NCBI GenBank assembly: GCA_050246755.1
Contig: JBFWVL010000006.1
Coordinates: 96,001 to 160,000, forward strand
Reading direction: 5' to 3'
Length of the DNA: 64,000 nt
Source of the DNA: Bacteriovoracia bacterium
GTDB taxonomy: Bacteria > Bdellovibrionota > UBA1018 > CAIPTA01
A program made the position numbers and the translations under genes. The notes below the pieces were generated by a model. It saw only the letters and a program-made list of their open reading frames with translations, did no database searches and was not told the origin of the DNA. Positions 30,745 to 40,847 of the stretch are shown one piece after another (within the stretch, counting starts at the first letter, position 1; each line of letters begins with the position of its first letter).

Positions 30745-30763
30745 TAGGCAGTTGCAGCGATAA

Positions 30764-32140
30764 ATGACGGAACAAATAAATTTTCTCCTACGTAAGGTTA
30801 CAGGCGACCAAGCGGTGGGGACCGAACAAAATCTGCGCGATCTGCTTCAGAAGGGGCAATGCAAGCCTGCGGATCTTCTCTTTGATTTTTCCTCCGCACG
30901 CTGGTGCCGCGTGGGCGATCATAAAGCCCTGGCGGATCTTTTCCGCGTGAAGCCTTCGCAAATTCCCGACCGCAAGATCATTTACTATATGGGCCCTGGC
31001 TCTTCGGGCATCATGCAGGGGCCGCACAGCACCAAGGAAATTCAAGCGCGGATTCAGTCGCGGGAGATCTGTGAGTCCACCTGGATTTTCGTGGATGGCG
31101 ATAAAGAGTGGCGCCAAGTGCGCAACGTGAAGATTCTCTTCGAGATGCTTCCGGCGCTTCCCAGTGAAGCTCCCGTCAAGCCGGCACCCGAGGCTCCCGA
31201 GCCGGCCGCTGTCCCGGACCTAGAGATTTCGTTTCCGGAACCTGGCGATGGAGACCGCGCCTCCCTTACGAACGCCTTGGAGGGGTTGGAGCTTTCTTCA
31301 CTTTCCACCAAAGCGGATACGGGCACCGATTCCGGCTTTTCCCTTAGCCTCGGCGAAGATCCCGCCGTGGATCAGGAAGATCCCACGAAGGCATTTTCCA
31401 CGCTCGGCTTGTCCGCCGAGCTTTCTGCGCCTCCGCCCATGAAGGCCACGCCGCCGGCGCCGCCTTCTTCGGCTCCCCCCGCGCCACCGCGGGCCCCCGC
31501 TGCTCCGGTGGCTACGGTCCAGCCTGAGCCCGAGAGGGACACGGGCAGTTTCGACGGCATCACCGCGCAGATCCCGATGGAACCTATCTGGCTCGTGAAG
31601 CGGGGGAACGTGGAAACGGTCGCCGGCCCCTTTCGCTTCCTCGAGGTGATAAAGCTGCTCGAAGAGGGCAAGCTGAATAAAAACGATAAAATTTCGCGCG
31701 AAGGCACGAACCGTTTCGTGAAAATCCAGCAACAGTACGAATTCAACGTGAAGTTCGTGGTGGAGACCGTGGTCGAGAGCGGCGTGGAGCGCCAGCGGAT
31801 CGTGATCAAGCGGCGCCATCCTCGTGTGTCTTACATGACGGAAGTCCAGATCACCAGCAAGGCGGGCGTGCAAGTGGCGGCCTGCGTGAACGTGAGCGCG
31901 GGCGGTATCCTGATCGAGATGCCCAAGGGCGACTTCACGCTCGGCGAGGTTATTGATATCAAGATGCTGCCGAGCCTGATCAACAAGACGATTGTTTGCC
32001 AGGCGATGGTGATCGGCAAGATCCCGAAGATCCCTCCGGGCTTCGCCCTCAAATTCGAAAACCTAAAACAAGAAGACAAGGAGGCCATCGAGTTTTTCGT
32101 TACGGAATCGTTAAAGCGGGAAATGCAGATAAACAGCTGA
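30764..32140 (+). CDS. GYF_2 repeats, Pro-rich linker and PilZ protein
   Basis: QGPH and AGPF GYF-like units; RRHPR and NVSAGG PilZ motifs. Confidence 0.7.
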   Translation: MTEQINFLLRKVTGDQAVGTEQNLRDLLQKGQCKPADLLFDFSSARWCRVGDHKALADLFRVKPSQIPDRKIIYYMGPGSSGIMQGPHSTKEIQARIQSREICESTWIFVDGDKEWRQVRNVKILFEMLPALPSEAPVKPAPEAPEPAAVPDLEISFPEPGDGDRASLTNALEGLELSSLSTKADTGTDSGFSLSLGEDPAVDQEDPTKAFSTLGLSAELSAPPPMKATPPAPPSSAPPAPPRAPAAPVATVQPEPERDTGSFDGITAQIPMEPIWLVKRGNVETVAGPFRFLEVIKLLEEGKLNKNDKISREGTNRFVKIQQQYEFNVKFVVETVVESGVERQRIVIKRRHPRVSYMTEVQITSKAGVQVAACVNVSAGGILIEMPKGDFTLGEVIDIKMLPSLINKTIVCQAMVIGKIPKIPPGFALKFENLKQEDKEAIEFFVTESLKREMQINS

Positions 32141-32192
32141 AAGAGCCAGCCGCAGTTACTATAATTAATTGGCTCTTAGACCGGGAGTTAGC

Positions 32193-33539
32193 TTGGACAA
32201 AAGAAAAGTATTCGTCATCGACACCAACGTGGTTCTCTTCGATCCCCATTCAATTTATAAGTTCGCCGAGCACGACCTCATCATTCCCATCGTGGTGGTG
32301 GAAGAAATCGATAAATTCAAGCGCGATATGTCGGAAAACGGCCGGAACGCGCGCACCTTCTCCCGCTTTATCGATGAGCTAAGAGCGAAGGGCGCCCTTT
32401 CGAAAGGCGTTCCGCTGAAGAGCGGCGGCAAACTGTTCGTCGACGTTGGCATGAACGAAAAAATTCCGGAGCTTCCCGACCTTGACATGAGCAAGGCCGA
32501 CAACCAGATGCTCGGGATGGCCAAGCGCTACGCGCGCATGAATAAGGATGCCGAGGTCCGCTTCATTTCCAAGGATATCAATCTCCGGATTAAAGCGGAC
32601 GCCTGCGGAATCCGCGCCGAGGATTACGAGCCTTCGAAATACGAAGTGGACGACGAGTTTTATACGGGAACCTCTTCGATCACGGTGAAGGGCGAGCTGA
32701 TCGACGAGTTCTACGCCAAGCGGAAGCTTTCTTACGAGAACCCGGAAAAAAAGCTCCACCCCAATCAGTTCATTTTCATTCGTGACGAAGCCAATCCTAA
32801 CCATACGGCTATTGGCCGGTTCGATGGCCCGCAGAACTGCTTGGTGCCCGTGTTCAAGCCGGCCGAGGGGTTATGGGGAGTGTATCCCCGCAACGCGGAA
32901 CAGGCGTTTGCCATCGATTTGCTTCTAAACGACGAGATCAAGCTCGTGAGCCTGGTGGGCAAAGCTGGAACCGGAAAAACCTTACTGGCGATCGCGGCGG
33001 GGCTTTCCAAGACGGTGGACGAGGGATTGTATTCCCGTCTGCTCGTGAGCCGGCCGGTGATGCCGATGGGCAATGATATCGGCTTCTTGCCGGGAACCGT
33101 GGAAGAGAAGCTGAATCCTTATATGCAGCCCATCTTCGACAATATCGATTTCCTCTTCGGCGTGAGCGCCGTAGCGAAAACGAACCGCCGGGGGGCCGGT
33201 AAAGGAACCCAGGAATTGATCAACCAGGGATTGCTCAGCATCGAGCCGCTCACCTATATCCGGGGCCGTTCGATTCCGAATCAGTTTATGATCGTGGATG
33301 AGGCGCAAAACCTCACCCCCCACGAGATCAAGACCATAATCACGCGCGCGGGCGAGGGCACAAAGATCGTGCTCACCGGGGATACGATGCAGATCGACCA
33401 CCCCTACCTCGACAGCATGAACAACGGTTTGGCTTCGGTGGTGGAGTGCTTCAAAAATGAAGCCATCGCCGGCCACGTGACCATGGTAAAAGGGGAGAGA
33501 TCGAAGCTCTCGGAGCTTGCCACGCAACTAATGCAATAG
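32193..33539 (+). CDS. PIN-PhoH (PhoH2-type) ATPase/RNase
   Basis: PIN motifs IDTNV and SKD.NLR; GKAGTGKT, GFLPG, RGRS, DEAQN; TTG start after GGGAG. Confidence 0.9.
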   Translation: MDKRKVFVIDTNVVLFDPHSIYKFAEHDLIIPIVVVEEIDKFKRDMSENGRNARTFSRFIDELRAKGALSKGVPLKSGGKLFVDVGMNEKIPELPDLDMSKADNQMLGMAKRYARMNKDAEVRFISKDINLRIKADACGIRAEDYEPSKYEVDDEFYTGTSSITVKGELIDEFYAKRKLSYENPEKKLHPNQFIFIRDEANPNHTAIGRFDGPQNCLVPVFKPAEGLWGVYPRNAEQAFAIDLLLNDEIKLVSLVGKAGTGKTLLAIAAGLSKTVDEGLYSRLLVSRPVMPMGNDIGFLPGTVEEKLNPYMQPIFDNIDFLFGVSAVAKTNRRGAGKGTQELINQGLLSIEPLTYIRGRSIPNQFMIVDEAQNLTPHEIKTIITRAGEGTKIVLTGDTMQIDHPYLDSMNNGLASVVECFKNEAIAGHVTMVKGERSKLSELATQLMQ

Positions 33540-33602
33540 TTTTTGTCATCTTTGTGGTGAATAGGCCCGGAGCTTTGACAACCAATCGCTTCGGGCTTTT
33601 TT

Positions 33603-34625
33603 ATGGAAAGAAAAAATCCTTACCTCAGCTTCGATCCCGGCTTCCTGCCTCCCAGCGGCGAGAAGCCGCTCGAGGTTTGCCTTCTGCGCGGCACCGCCGT
33701 GGAAAGCCGCCACCGCGTGCACGTGGTGGTACGCGAATCAAAGAAAGGCATCATAGATCGCTGGGGAGATGCAGAATTAAATTTATTCCCCCGTTCTTCC
33801 ATCAAGCTAGTGCAAGCCCTCTCCTGGGTGGCGCCGCGTTTCCACGAGAAATGGAATCTCGGGCCGGAAGAGCTGGCGCTCGCCTGCGGATCTCACCAGG
33901 GCGAATCTTTTCACGTAAAAAAAGTGAAAGAATGGCTGGAGAAACTCGGCCTCGAAGAAAAGGTTTTGGACTGCGGCGCCCACGATCCCTACGATAAAGC
34001 GGCCACCCGGGCCTTGATCCTCGAGGGAAAGGCGCCTTCTCCTCTCCATAATAATTGCTCCGGCAAGCACGCTGGCCTCCTGACCTGCTGCCTCGCACAG
34101 GGCTGGCCTACCGAGGGGTATACCAACTACGATCATCCGGTGCAGGAAAAGATCCGCAAAGTACTCTCCCTATTTTGGGAAAAAGAAGCATCTTCTTTGG
34201 CGTGGGGGATCGACGGCTGCGGGATTCCTACCTATTCCGTCTCGCTGGATTTGCTGGCGCGCGCGATGTGCCTGGCCGCGAATCCCCGCGGGCTACCGGG
34301 GGAAATGCAAGATGCGGTGGAGTTGCTGAACGGCGCGATCGCGGCGAAGTCAGAATATATCGGTGGCACCGAGAGTTTCTGCACCAAGGTTGTGGCCGAA
34401 ACGGAAGGAAGAGTTTTTGCGAAGGTGGGGGCCGAGGGAGTGTACGGAGCGTGGATTCCCGGCGCGAAGATCGGTATCGCGATCAAGTGCGAGGATGGTT
34501 CCTCGCGGGCGGCGGAGGCCGCGCTGGTGGCAGTATTGCGCGATCTTGGTTTTTCCCTGGGCTTCTATAGCCCCCTCGTGCGCCGCTGGGGCGGAGAGGT
34601 GGTTGGCCAATTCTTTTGCGCGTGA
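33603..34625 (+). CDS. Asparaginase II (Rhizobium AnsA-type)
   Basis: RSSIK, CGSH.G, NNCSGKH, DGCG, K.GAEG motifs. Confidence 0.9.
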   Translation: MERKNPYLSFDPGFLPPSGEKPLEVCLLRGTAVESRHRVHVVVRESKKGIIDRWGDAELNLFPRSSIKLVQALSWVAPRFHEKWNLGPEELALACGSHQGESFHVKKVKEWLEKLGLEEKVLDCGAHDPYDKAATRALILEGKAPSPLHNNCSGKHAGLLTCCLAQGWPTEGYTNYDHPVQEKIRKVLSLFWEKEASSLAWGIDGCGIPTYSVSLDLLARAMCLAANPRGLPGEMQDAVELLNGAIAAKSEYIGGTESFCTKVVAETEGRVFAKVGAEGVYGAWIPGAKIGIAIKCEDGSSRAAEAALVAVLRDLGFSLGFYSPLVRRWGGEVVGQFFCA

Positions 34626-34634
34626 TTTCATAAA

Positions 34635-34961
34635 TTAATTTAAGCGGCGGCCGGGAGAGCCGGTCCACTCTTCGTGGAGGCGGCGGTAGACTTCTACTTT
34701 AAGGCGGCGCTCTTCGTTGACCGCGAACGATTTCAGTTCTTCGGTGAGGGAGCGTTCTTTGAGGGCGGCCATCAGGATTTCGCCTTTTACCACCGTGAGA
34801 AGATGGTGAGGGTAGTTCGCCGCTTCTTTGCGGTAGCGATCCAGCTCCTGGAGCAGGTCCACTTTTTCCATTTTGGCCAAGCGGGCGCGATAGCCTTGGA
34901 ATAAGCGCTGGCATTCTTTTAGGGTGCGATAGGCTTTGAGGGAGACTACGTTTTCACTCAT
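34635..34961 (-). CDS. Hypothetical protein
   Basis: ATG ORF with helical composition; NVVSL..YR start. Confidence 0.6.
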   Translation of the reverse strand: MSENVVSLKAYRTLKECQRLFQGYRARLAKMEKVDLLQELDRYRKEAANYPHHLLTVVKGEILMAALKERSLTEELKSFAVNEERRLKVEVYRRLHEEWTGSPGRRLN

Positions 34962-35121
34962 AGATAATTGGCCTGCTCGATTCGTTCAGAGACGTTTCCC
35001 TGGAGTTATCCCCAGGCCGTGCATTCTAATAAATATGACGCGTTAAGTCAAGAATGAAGGGCGTTTCGATAAGACATTGATTTTATGTAGATTTTCAGTG
35101 CTTTCACTCTATCATAGAGGA

Positions 35122-35757
35122 ATGAAAACCCTATTATTTACGCTATTTTGCCTTCTTCCCCTCGCGCACGGGGCCGCTCCTCAACTTAGCCCCGGAGATC
35201 AGAAAATTGAGGATATCGCCCTTAGTGATACCGGGGATTTTCCCGTCCGCTCGGGAACGGTGAAGCTGCAGAGAATCTCGGCGGGCCTTCGCTACAAGAA
35301 AGTAGTGTTCGTAAAAGCGAAAGTATACGTGGCCCAGCTTTTCGGAAGTGATCCGGGAAAATTTAAGCGCAGTGAAACGGACGCGCTGCCTTCCCTGAAG
35401 GAGCAGAAGAATGTGGCCATCCATCTCACTTTCCTGCGCGGCGTGGATGCGGAAACCATCCAGAAAGCTTATCTGGATGGCGTGAGGGAAAATGGCTTTT
35501 CCGCCGAGGAGCCGGGAGTGAAAGAATTTTTGGCGGCTGCCGGCGCGGGTGGCGATGGGAAAGAGGGAAGCATCATCGCGATTTCGGCCGAGCGAATGAA
35601 AGACGGCACGGAACATATTTCTTACGTAGGCCCTAATGGAAAAACTTCCGAGATCGACGGACCCGCAGGCCTGATCGCGAAAGTTTTTTCCATTTTCCTC
35701 GGCAAGACCACGGATTCCGGGCTCGAAAGCCTGAAAAAAGACCTTACCGCCAACTAA
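35122..35757 (+). CDS. Secreted chalcone-isomerase-like protein
   Basis: Signal peptide; GLR.K.V....VYV..L, L.FLR.V, IFLG motifs. Confidence 0.75.
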   Translation: MKTLLFTLFCLLPLAHGAAPQLSPGDQKIEDIALSDTGDFPVRSGTVKLQRISAGLRYKKVVFVKAKVYVAQLFGSDPGKFKRSETDALPSLKEQKNVAIHLTFLRGVDAETIQKAYLDGVRENGFSAEEPGVKEFLAAAGAGGDGKEGSIIAISAERMKDGTEHISYVGPNGKTSEIDGPAGLIAKVFSIFLGKTTDSGLESLKKDLTAN

Positions 35758-36174
35758 CTATTTCTTCAGCAGGTCGCGGATCTGGCGAAGCAGAAGAATA
35801 TCTTCCGGTGTAGCGGCAGGGGCCGCCGCGGGGGCTTCGCGGCGCAGGCGATTGATTTGGCTTACCGCCAGAAAGATCGCGAAGGCCACGATAACGAAGT
35901 CCACCACGTTATTGATAAAGAGGCCGTAGTTGATCGTGGCGAGCCCGAGTTGCTTAGCTTCCGCGAGAGAAGCGGCCGGCGTGGCAGTGAGGTTGATAAA
36001 TTTATTGGAGAAGTCCAGGCCGCCCGTGATGCGCCCCAAAGGCGGCATCAAGATATCCGCCACGAAAGACTGCACGATTTTTCCAAAAGCCGCTCCGATG
36101 ATCACCCCGATGGCGAGATCGATCACGTTTCCCTTAATCGCGAAAGTTTTGAATTCCTGAAAAAATTTACCCAT
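35758..36174 (-). CDS. mscL: Large-conductance mechanosensitive channel
   Basis: [20 protein letters not shown] and LL..IRDLL motifs; ATG at 36174 after CAGGAG. Confidence 0.96.
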   Translation of the reverse strand: MGKFFQEFKTFAIKGNVIDLAIGVIIGAAFGKIVQSFVADILMPPLGRITGGLDFSNKFINLTATPAASLAEAKQLGLATINYGLFINNVVDFVIVAFAIFLAVSQINRLRREAPAAAPAATPEDILLLRQIRDLLKK

Positions 36175-36286
36175 CGCCGTCTCCTGATTTTTAGTTTCGT
36201 TTCTCATAACAGGGGGACGATTGCCTCGACAAGGGGCTTTTTTTCCGGATTCACGCGGTTTGCGTTGGTTTTGGCGTGATTTACGC

Positions 36287-36301
36287 TGGCACAGGCGTTG
36301 C
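36287..36301 (+). promoter_or_regulatory. Sigma-54 -24/-12 promoter
   Basis: TGGCAC-AGGCG-TTGC, an exact match to TGGCAC-N5-TTGC, upstream of the porin-like gene. Confidence 0.75.
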
Positions 36302-36365
36302 TCTTCTCCTTTGAGGTTGTGCCTAGCCGGCGAACCGAAAACACAATTTGAGGAGCGCAGCATAT

Positions 36366-36974
36366 ATGAAAGCAATGATCGTATTTTTGGTGGTGGGAAT
36401 CTTAGCCAGCATTAGTCCGCACGCGATGGCCGCCGAATCGGGCGACGGAAGATTCGCTTTTGGTCCTCAGGGTGGGGCGGTTTGGCCGAATTTCTCGTTT
36501 AAGAATTCCAGCGTAAATAAAGACAACGTGAACGGCTACCTTGCCGGGGCGTTCGTGGAGCTCGGCATCTGGGCCATTACGCTGCGGCCGGAAGTGAACT
36601 ACGTGGAAAAAGGCTATCGCCTGAACGGAGTGGCGGAAGTGAAGCACCACTACCTGGAGATTCCCGTGCTCCTGAAGTTTAATCCCTTCAACGACGCGGT
36701 GGTTTCTCCCTTCATCGTGGTGGGACCGTCTTGGTCGAAGCACCTAGATTCCAAGGTAACGCTCCTCGGCGCTACCACTACCTACAACGACACCGCCGAT
36801 CGCTGGGACGTGGCCGGAGTGGGCGGCGCGGGGATTGAGTTCAATCTCTCGGAGCACGTAGGCATCAACCTGCAGGCTCGCTATAACTTCGGGTTCCGTG
36901 ATCTGGATAGCTCCGCCACGGAGATCCGCTCCCGCGGCCTCTATGGAATGGGCGGTTTGGCGTTCACACTCTAA
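36366..36974 (+). CDS. Outer-membrane beta-barrel (porin family) protein
   Basis: Signal peptide; PEVNY..KG, YLEIPVL, ARYNFG, aromatic C-terminal strand. Confidence 0.8.
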   Translation: MKAMIVFLVVGILASISPHAMAAESGDGRFAFGPQGGAVWPNFSFKNSSVNKDNVNGYLAGAFVELGIWAITLRPEVNYVEKGYRLNGVAEVKHHYLEIPVLLKFNPFNDAVVSPFIVVGPSWSKHLDSKVTLLGATTTYNDTADRWDVAGVGGAGIEFNLSEHVGINLQARYNFGFRDLDSSATEIRSRGLYGMGGLAFTL

Positions 36975-36986
36975 TCCTTGGGCTTA

Positions 36987-37034
36987 AAATAGGACCGGGC
37001 AGCGAAGGAGTTACCTCGCTGCCCGGTCCTATTT
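36987..37034. terminator. Strong hairpin between convergent genes
   Basis: 19-bp perfect inverted repeat AAATAGGACCGGGCAGCGA. Confidence 0.75.
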
Positions 37035-37048
37035 AGTGAGAGCCGTTT

Positions 37049-38113
37049 CTATTGCGCGTAGTTTTTTAGGGCGCTCAGAAATGCCTGCTGCGCGGGGGTG
37101 CCGGAAGCTTCGGATACCACCCCGTCGCTGTCCTTGCTTGAAATCGACGGTAAATTCTCGATGCGCGCGTGGCTGTAGATGCTTTTAATCGAAGGATCGA
37201 GCTCTTCTGGCAGGCCTAACTGCGAGAGAAAGTCGCGGGCACGGCGGGCTTCCGAGAGACGGAACCTGGCGAGATTCAGTTCCGCTTCGTTTAGTTTGGT
37301 AAAGTCGATCGCCCATTGGCTACCTAAAAATTTATACTTAAATCCTTCGAGCTTATTCTGGCCGATCTTTGTGAGCTGGGTAAGCACTACCAGCCCGAGC
37401 ATCTGGTGCCGCGCGCGCAGGAGGCGGATCGCATTTTTCTCGTGGGCGAGGATCATCTCCACGTAGGCCGGATAGTCGCGAAGCTGGCTTTTGCCTTCAC
37501 GCATATCTTTTCCCGCGAGCAGCGCCGTTTCGATCATGCTAAGCATATTGATCGCATTTTTTCCCGTAATGGCATTCATGTGCAGCTGTTTGCGGTTCAT
37601 TTCTTCCAGCACGATCGATAGCGCATTAAACGACATTTCCTCGTTCGCCGAAGCGCTTGGGCTGAATAGGCCTTTGCCGGCGAAGGGATTCACCTCGTCG
37701 GTATGGGAAATATCCAAGAGGTGGCAAAAAAATTCTTTCGCGGCGTCGTACATGAAAACTTCGCGTTGGCTCGTGAGCTTATCGAGGCCGAGATTATTCC
37801 AGAGCTGAAATTCGAAGGCCTGAAAGTAGAGGCCGGCGTTGGTGCTTTTTTGCTCGAGAGATTTGCCGTTTACCACGTCGTCCCAGCGCTTGCTGCGGAG
37901 ATCGAGGGCGGCGCCTTGGCGGCCGGAATCCATCACTTCGTTCATCGTGTTCGCCATGTCCTCGGTAATCTTGGCCATTCTCGCGGTAGTGGCGTTCATT
38001 TCCGAAGTGGTTCCATTCATCGATAGGGTGGCGTCGTGCATATCGTCCACTTTCGAACAGGACGATATGGCCAGGAGAGTGCAGAGGAGGGGAAAGTATT
38101 TTATTGGTGCCAC
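37049..38113 (-). CDS. Hypothetical lipoprotein
   Basis: Lipobox-like ISSC; Met/Thr-rich coiled segment. Confidence 0.7.
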   Translation of the reverse strand: MAPIKYFPLLCTLLAISSCSKVDDMHDATLSMNGTTSEMNATTARMAKITEDMANTMNEVMDSGRQGAALDLRSKRWDDVVNGKSLEQKSTNAGLYFQAFEFQLWNNLGLDKLTSQREVFMYDAAKEFFCHLLDISHTDEVNPFAGKGLFSPSASANEEMSFNALSIVLEEMNRKQLHMNAITGKNAINMLSMIETALLAGKDMREGKSQLRDYPAYVEMILAHEKNAIRLLRARHQMLGLVVLTQLTKIGQNKLEGFKYKFLGSQWAIDFTKLNEAELNLARFRLSEARRARDFLSQLGLPEELDPSIKSIYSHARIENLPSISSKDSDGVVSEASGTPAQQAFLSALKNYAQ

Positions 38114-38220
38114 GGGAACCTCGAGTGATTTTTCCGAGGGCCTATTTTGCTTCAGGGAAACCAGGGTGGCAAGAAGTATTTGATCAAATTAGTTTATTAT
38201 TAATTTTATAATAAAAATAA

Positions 38221-39252
38221 CTAGTTAGTGGCGTAAGGGTCTCGGGGTAGGCCGATGGCTAAGGTGCTTGTTTCCGCGATCGTGCCGTCAAAATCATTCA
38301 TCCCGCAGTAGGGCATGCGGAAATGTTTGTCGGCGAGATAGATAGGGGCTTGGTTCTCGTTTAAATTTGGAATGTAGGGAAAGCCACGGAGCGCGCACCC
38401 CGCGAGATCTTCCCCCGGGCGGCATTCTACCAAAGAGAATAAAAGATTAGCTTCCGGATTTCCTTTTTTAGGAATGGAAAAGGCCGCCGAGCCGGACGAA
38501 AAATCCAGAAATTGATAGTGAAGAAAGTTTTTGTTTAATTGTTCCCGGGAGATTTTTTCCTGGAAGAAAGAAGCATTTTCTTGATTCTCTTCCCACACGG
38601 AGAAGGCGATTTTTAGCTTGCGCCAATCTTTTTTCGAACCGGCCGCGGGAGTAAATTTTCCCGACACCAGATTTTTAGCGGAGGCGCAGCTGGGGGATGG
38701 CCGCTCGTGATAAACTCTAAAAAACGATACACTTCCCGCCTCGATTTGTGGCGGAATCTTTGCTTCCCCGGACGAGTCGATGGGAACGGAAATACGCTGG
38801 GAAGCCAGGGTGATTCGCTGCTTAGAATCGAGGGGATTAGAGATTGGGGGCACCGGAGACTGGTAATAGTGCGCGGTTACGGTGACGTATTTTTGGTCCT
38901 TTTGGGCCAAAAATGCTTCTCGGTTCACTTGCACCGAGAATTTGAGCGGGAAAATTGGATTGGGAAAAATCTTTATTTCGGAAGCGTTAGAGTTAAAGGC
39001 CTGTTCGGTGCCGGGGTTTATCCCGAAGGCCGCAATTTGCACGAAGCCGGCTCCATTTTTTACGGTGGAAGCAAGGGCCGGAGGCACGATTAAGGTTCCC
39101 GAAACGGTAAACATATTCTCGTTTGCCGCAGTGGGAGAGGTCCCTTCTTGGGTAGAAACGGCGCTGTCTTGGCCGAATAAATAAAAGAGGACGCCTACCG
39201 CCACCAAGATCGCCGCTAAAATTCCGCCTAAAAGCACCATGAAGGTTTTCAT
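38221..39252 (-). CDS. Membrane-anchored hypothetical protein
   Basis: Single N-terminal TM; long ORF. Confidence 0.6.
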   Translation of the reverse strand: MKTFMVLLGGILAAILVAVGVLFYLFGQDSAVSTQEGTSPTAANENMFTVSGTLIVPPALASTVKNGAGFVQIAAFGINPGTEQAFNSNASEIKIFPNPIFPLKFSVQVNREAFLAQKDQKYVTVTAHYYQSPVPPISNPLDSKQRITLASQRISVPIDSSGEAKIPPQIEAGSVSFFRVYHERPSPSCASAKNLVSGKFTPAAGSKKDWRKLKIAFSVWEENQENASFFQEKISREQLNKNFLHYQFLDFSSGSAAFSIPKKGNPEANLLFSLVECRPGEDLAGCALRGFPYIPNLNENQAPIYLADKHFRMPYCGMNDFDGTIAETSTLAIGLPRDPYATN

Positions 39253-39847
39253 GTTAGGAAGACTAAAATTTTTTTTTGGAGATAACAAGGGGCGAGGCTG
39301 CGCCGGCTACGGCTTGAAAATTGGCGAGCCTCAGACGCCATTGTCCGAACGCCTGTATCCTATTGATACTAAAGCGTTTATTTTGAAAGAGTCAAATAGA
39401 ATTTCCCCTGAAATTGTCGATCTATACAAAAAAGGCTGGTCTTTGCGTGACATCGCTCGGGAATACGGGTGCTCAAGACACAAGGTCTACTCCCAGGTAA
39501 AAAAAGCTGGAGTAAAGCTCCGAGAAAATTCCGCTCAAGCAACGCCCAATCGAAAAAACGGCGTTAAGCAGAATGTCTTGCCCTACTATGGGTTTTGCTA
39601 CTTCGAGGGACGCATTACTCCTGATCCCCGAGAGTTCCCTGCTTTGAAACTCATTCATCGTTTATGGAAGGATCAACGCACTATCCATCAAATTACCCTT
39701 GAGCTAAACCGAGTTAAAATTCCGTCCCGTCAACGGAAGCAATGGAGTTGGGCGGCGGTGAAGAATATCGTGCAGAGGTTTGAACAGGGCATCGTTACCC
39801 TTCATGGCGGAAGCCGTTATAAACTAAACAGCTTTTCAAAAAAATAG
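39239..39847 (+). CDS. HTH plus serine-recombinase DNA-binding 'recombinase' domain protein, with no catalytic domain
   Basis: G.SLRDIARE HTH; PYYGF, I..ELN...IPSR..K.W....V.NI; true start uncertain. Confidence 0.65.
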   Translation: MKVFMLGRLKFFFGDNKGRGCAGYGLKIGEPQTPLSERLYPIDTKAFILKESNRISPEIVDLYKKGWSLRDIAREYGCSRHKVYSQVKKAGVKLRENSAQATPNRKNGVKQNVLPYYGFCYFEGRITPDPREFPALKLIHRLWKDQRTIHQITLELNRVKIPSRQRKQWSWAAVKNIVQRFEQGIVTLHGGSRYKLNSFSKK

Positions 39848-39866
39848 ACATTGAGGAGAAAACACG

Positions 39867-40097
39867 ATGAACGCAGTTAATGGAATCTTTGTTGCTCTCG
39901 CTTTGGTCTTTGGTGGTGGCTACGCCCTGGATAAAATCTATGTTTCTGTGAAAGCGGCGGCAATCGAACGCATTCACAGAGGTCAACCCTCTTTAGGGCA
40001 ATTTACAAATCGGCTGACTTGCTCGAAGTTCACGCCGTCCGGCGAATATGTCGCAACGAAATGCGGGCGTACAAAAATAAAGCGGGAAATTCATTAG
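39867..40097 (+). CDS. Small membrane protein
   Basis: GAGGAG RBS; N-terminal TM. Confidence 0.6.
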   Translation: MNAVNGIFVALALVFGGGYALDKIYVSVKAAAIERIHRGQPSLGQFTNRLTCSKFTPSGEYVATKCGRTKIKREIH

Positions 40098-40163
40098 GAG
40101 CATGTATCTGCTTGAACATTGACCGCCTCGGTTTATGCGATAGAATTTTTCAAGGAGTTGTGT

Positions 40164-40652
40164 ATGCAAATAATACGAAGAGCGAAGCCTGATGATTCTT
40201 TTGGAATCCACGAGGCACACATGCGTTCAATTTGTGAAGTTTGCTCGAAAGATCATTCGCCGGACGAGATTCGAGGCTGGGGGCATCGGCCCTCTCGTGA
40301 AGATCAAAGGCTTAATGCTATACAGAATCAGTTCGTGTGGGTCGTCGATAACGGTGGGAAAATTGAAGGCTATGGACACTTAGCTTTGATTTCAGAAAAC
40401 GGTCATACTCGCGGTCACATCATGGGCCTCTATTTGGTTCCCGAAGCCAATGGCAAGGGGCTGGGTACAGCAATCGCTCGTGAAATGCTTGCTGAAGCCA
40501 AAAGACAAAACGCTATTGCAGTTAGCCTTGAATCAACACTCACTGCTCATAGCTTTTATGAGAAAATGGGATTCACGGATTCGGGGGACCAAGCAACTAT
40601 CGAACTTGGCGGGTCGAAGATTCGATACATTCCGATGAAACTGGTTTTGTAA
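40164..40652 (+). CDS. GNAT N-acetyltransferase
   Basis: LYL.PE..GKGLG and STL.A..FYEKMGF motifs. Confidence 0.88.
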   Translation: MQIIRRAKPDDSFGIHEAHMRSICEVCSKDHSPDEIRGWGHRPSREDQRLNAIQNQFVWVVDNGGKIEGYGHLALISENGHTRGHIMGLYLVPEANGKGLGTAIAREMLAEAKRQNAIAVSLESTLTAHSFYEKMGFTDSGDQATIELGGSKIRYIPMKLVL

Positions 40653-40847
40653 TGGCTACAAGCAGTGAGTTGGGATCACTTACCGAGCGAGGCTTTTAGA
40701 GGCCGGATTCGGAGAACTTGATCGACCGCTAGCCCCTTTCAGGGTCCAAAAGGCTGCATTGGGAATGATCGCACCCATGACAGAACGATTCCTTTCTGAG
40801 GCGCTTGTTCCGCTAAGTTTATCGGATCTCAGCCGACGATTCGTTAA

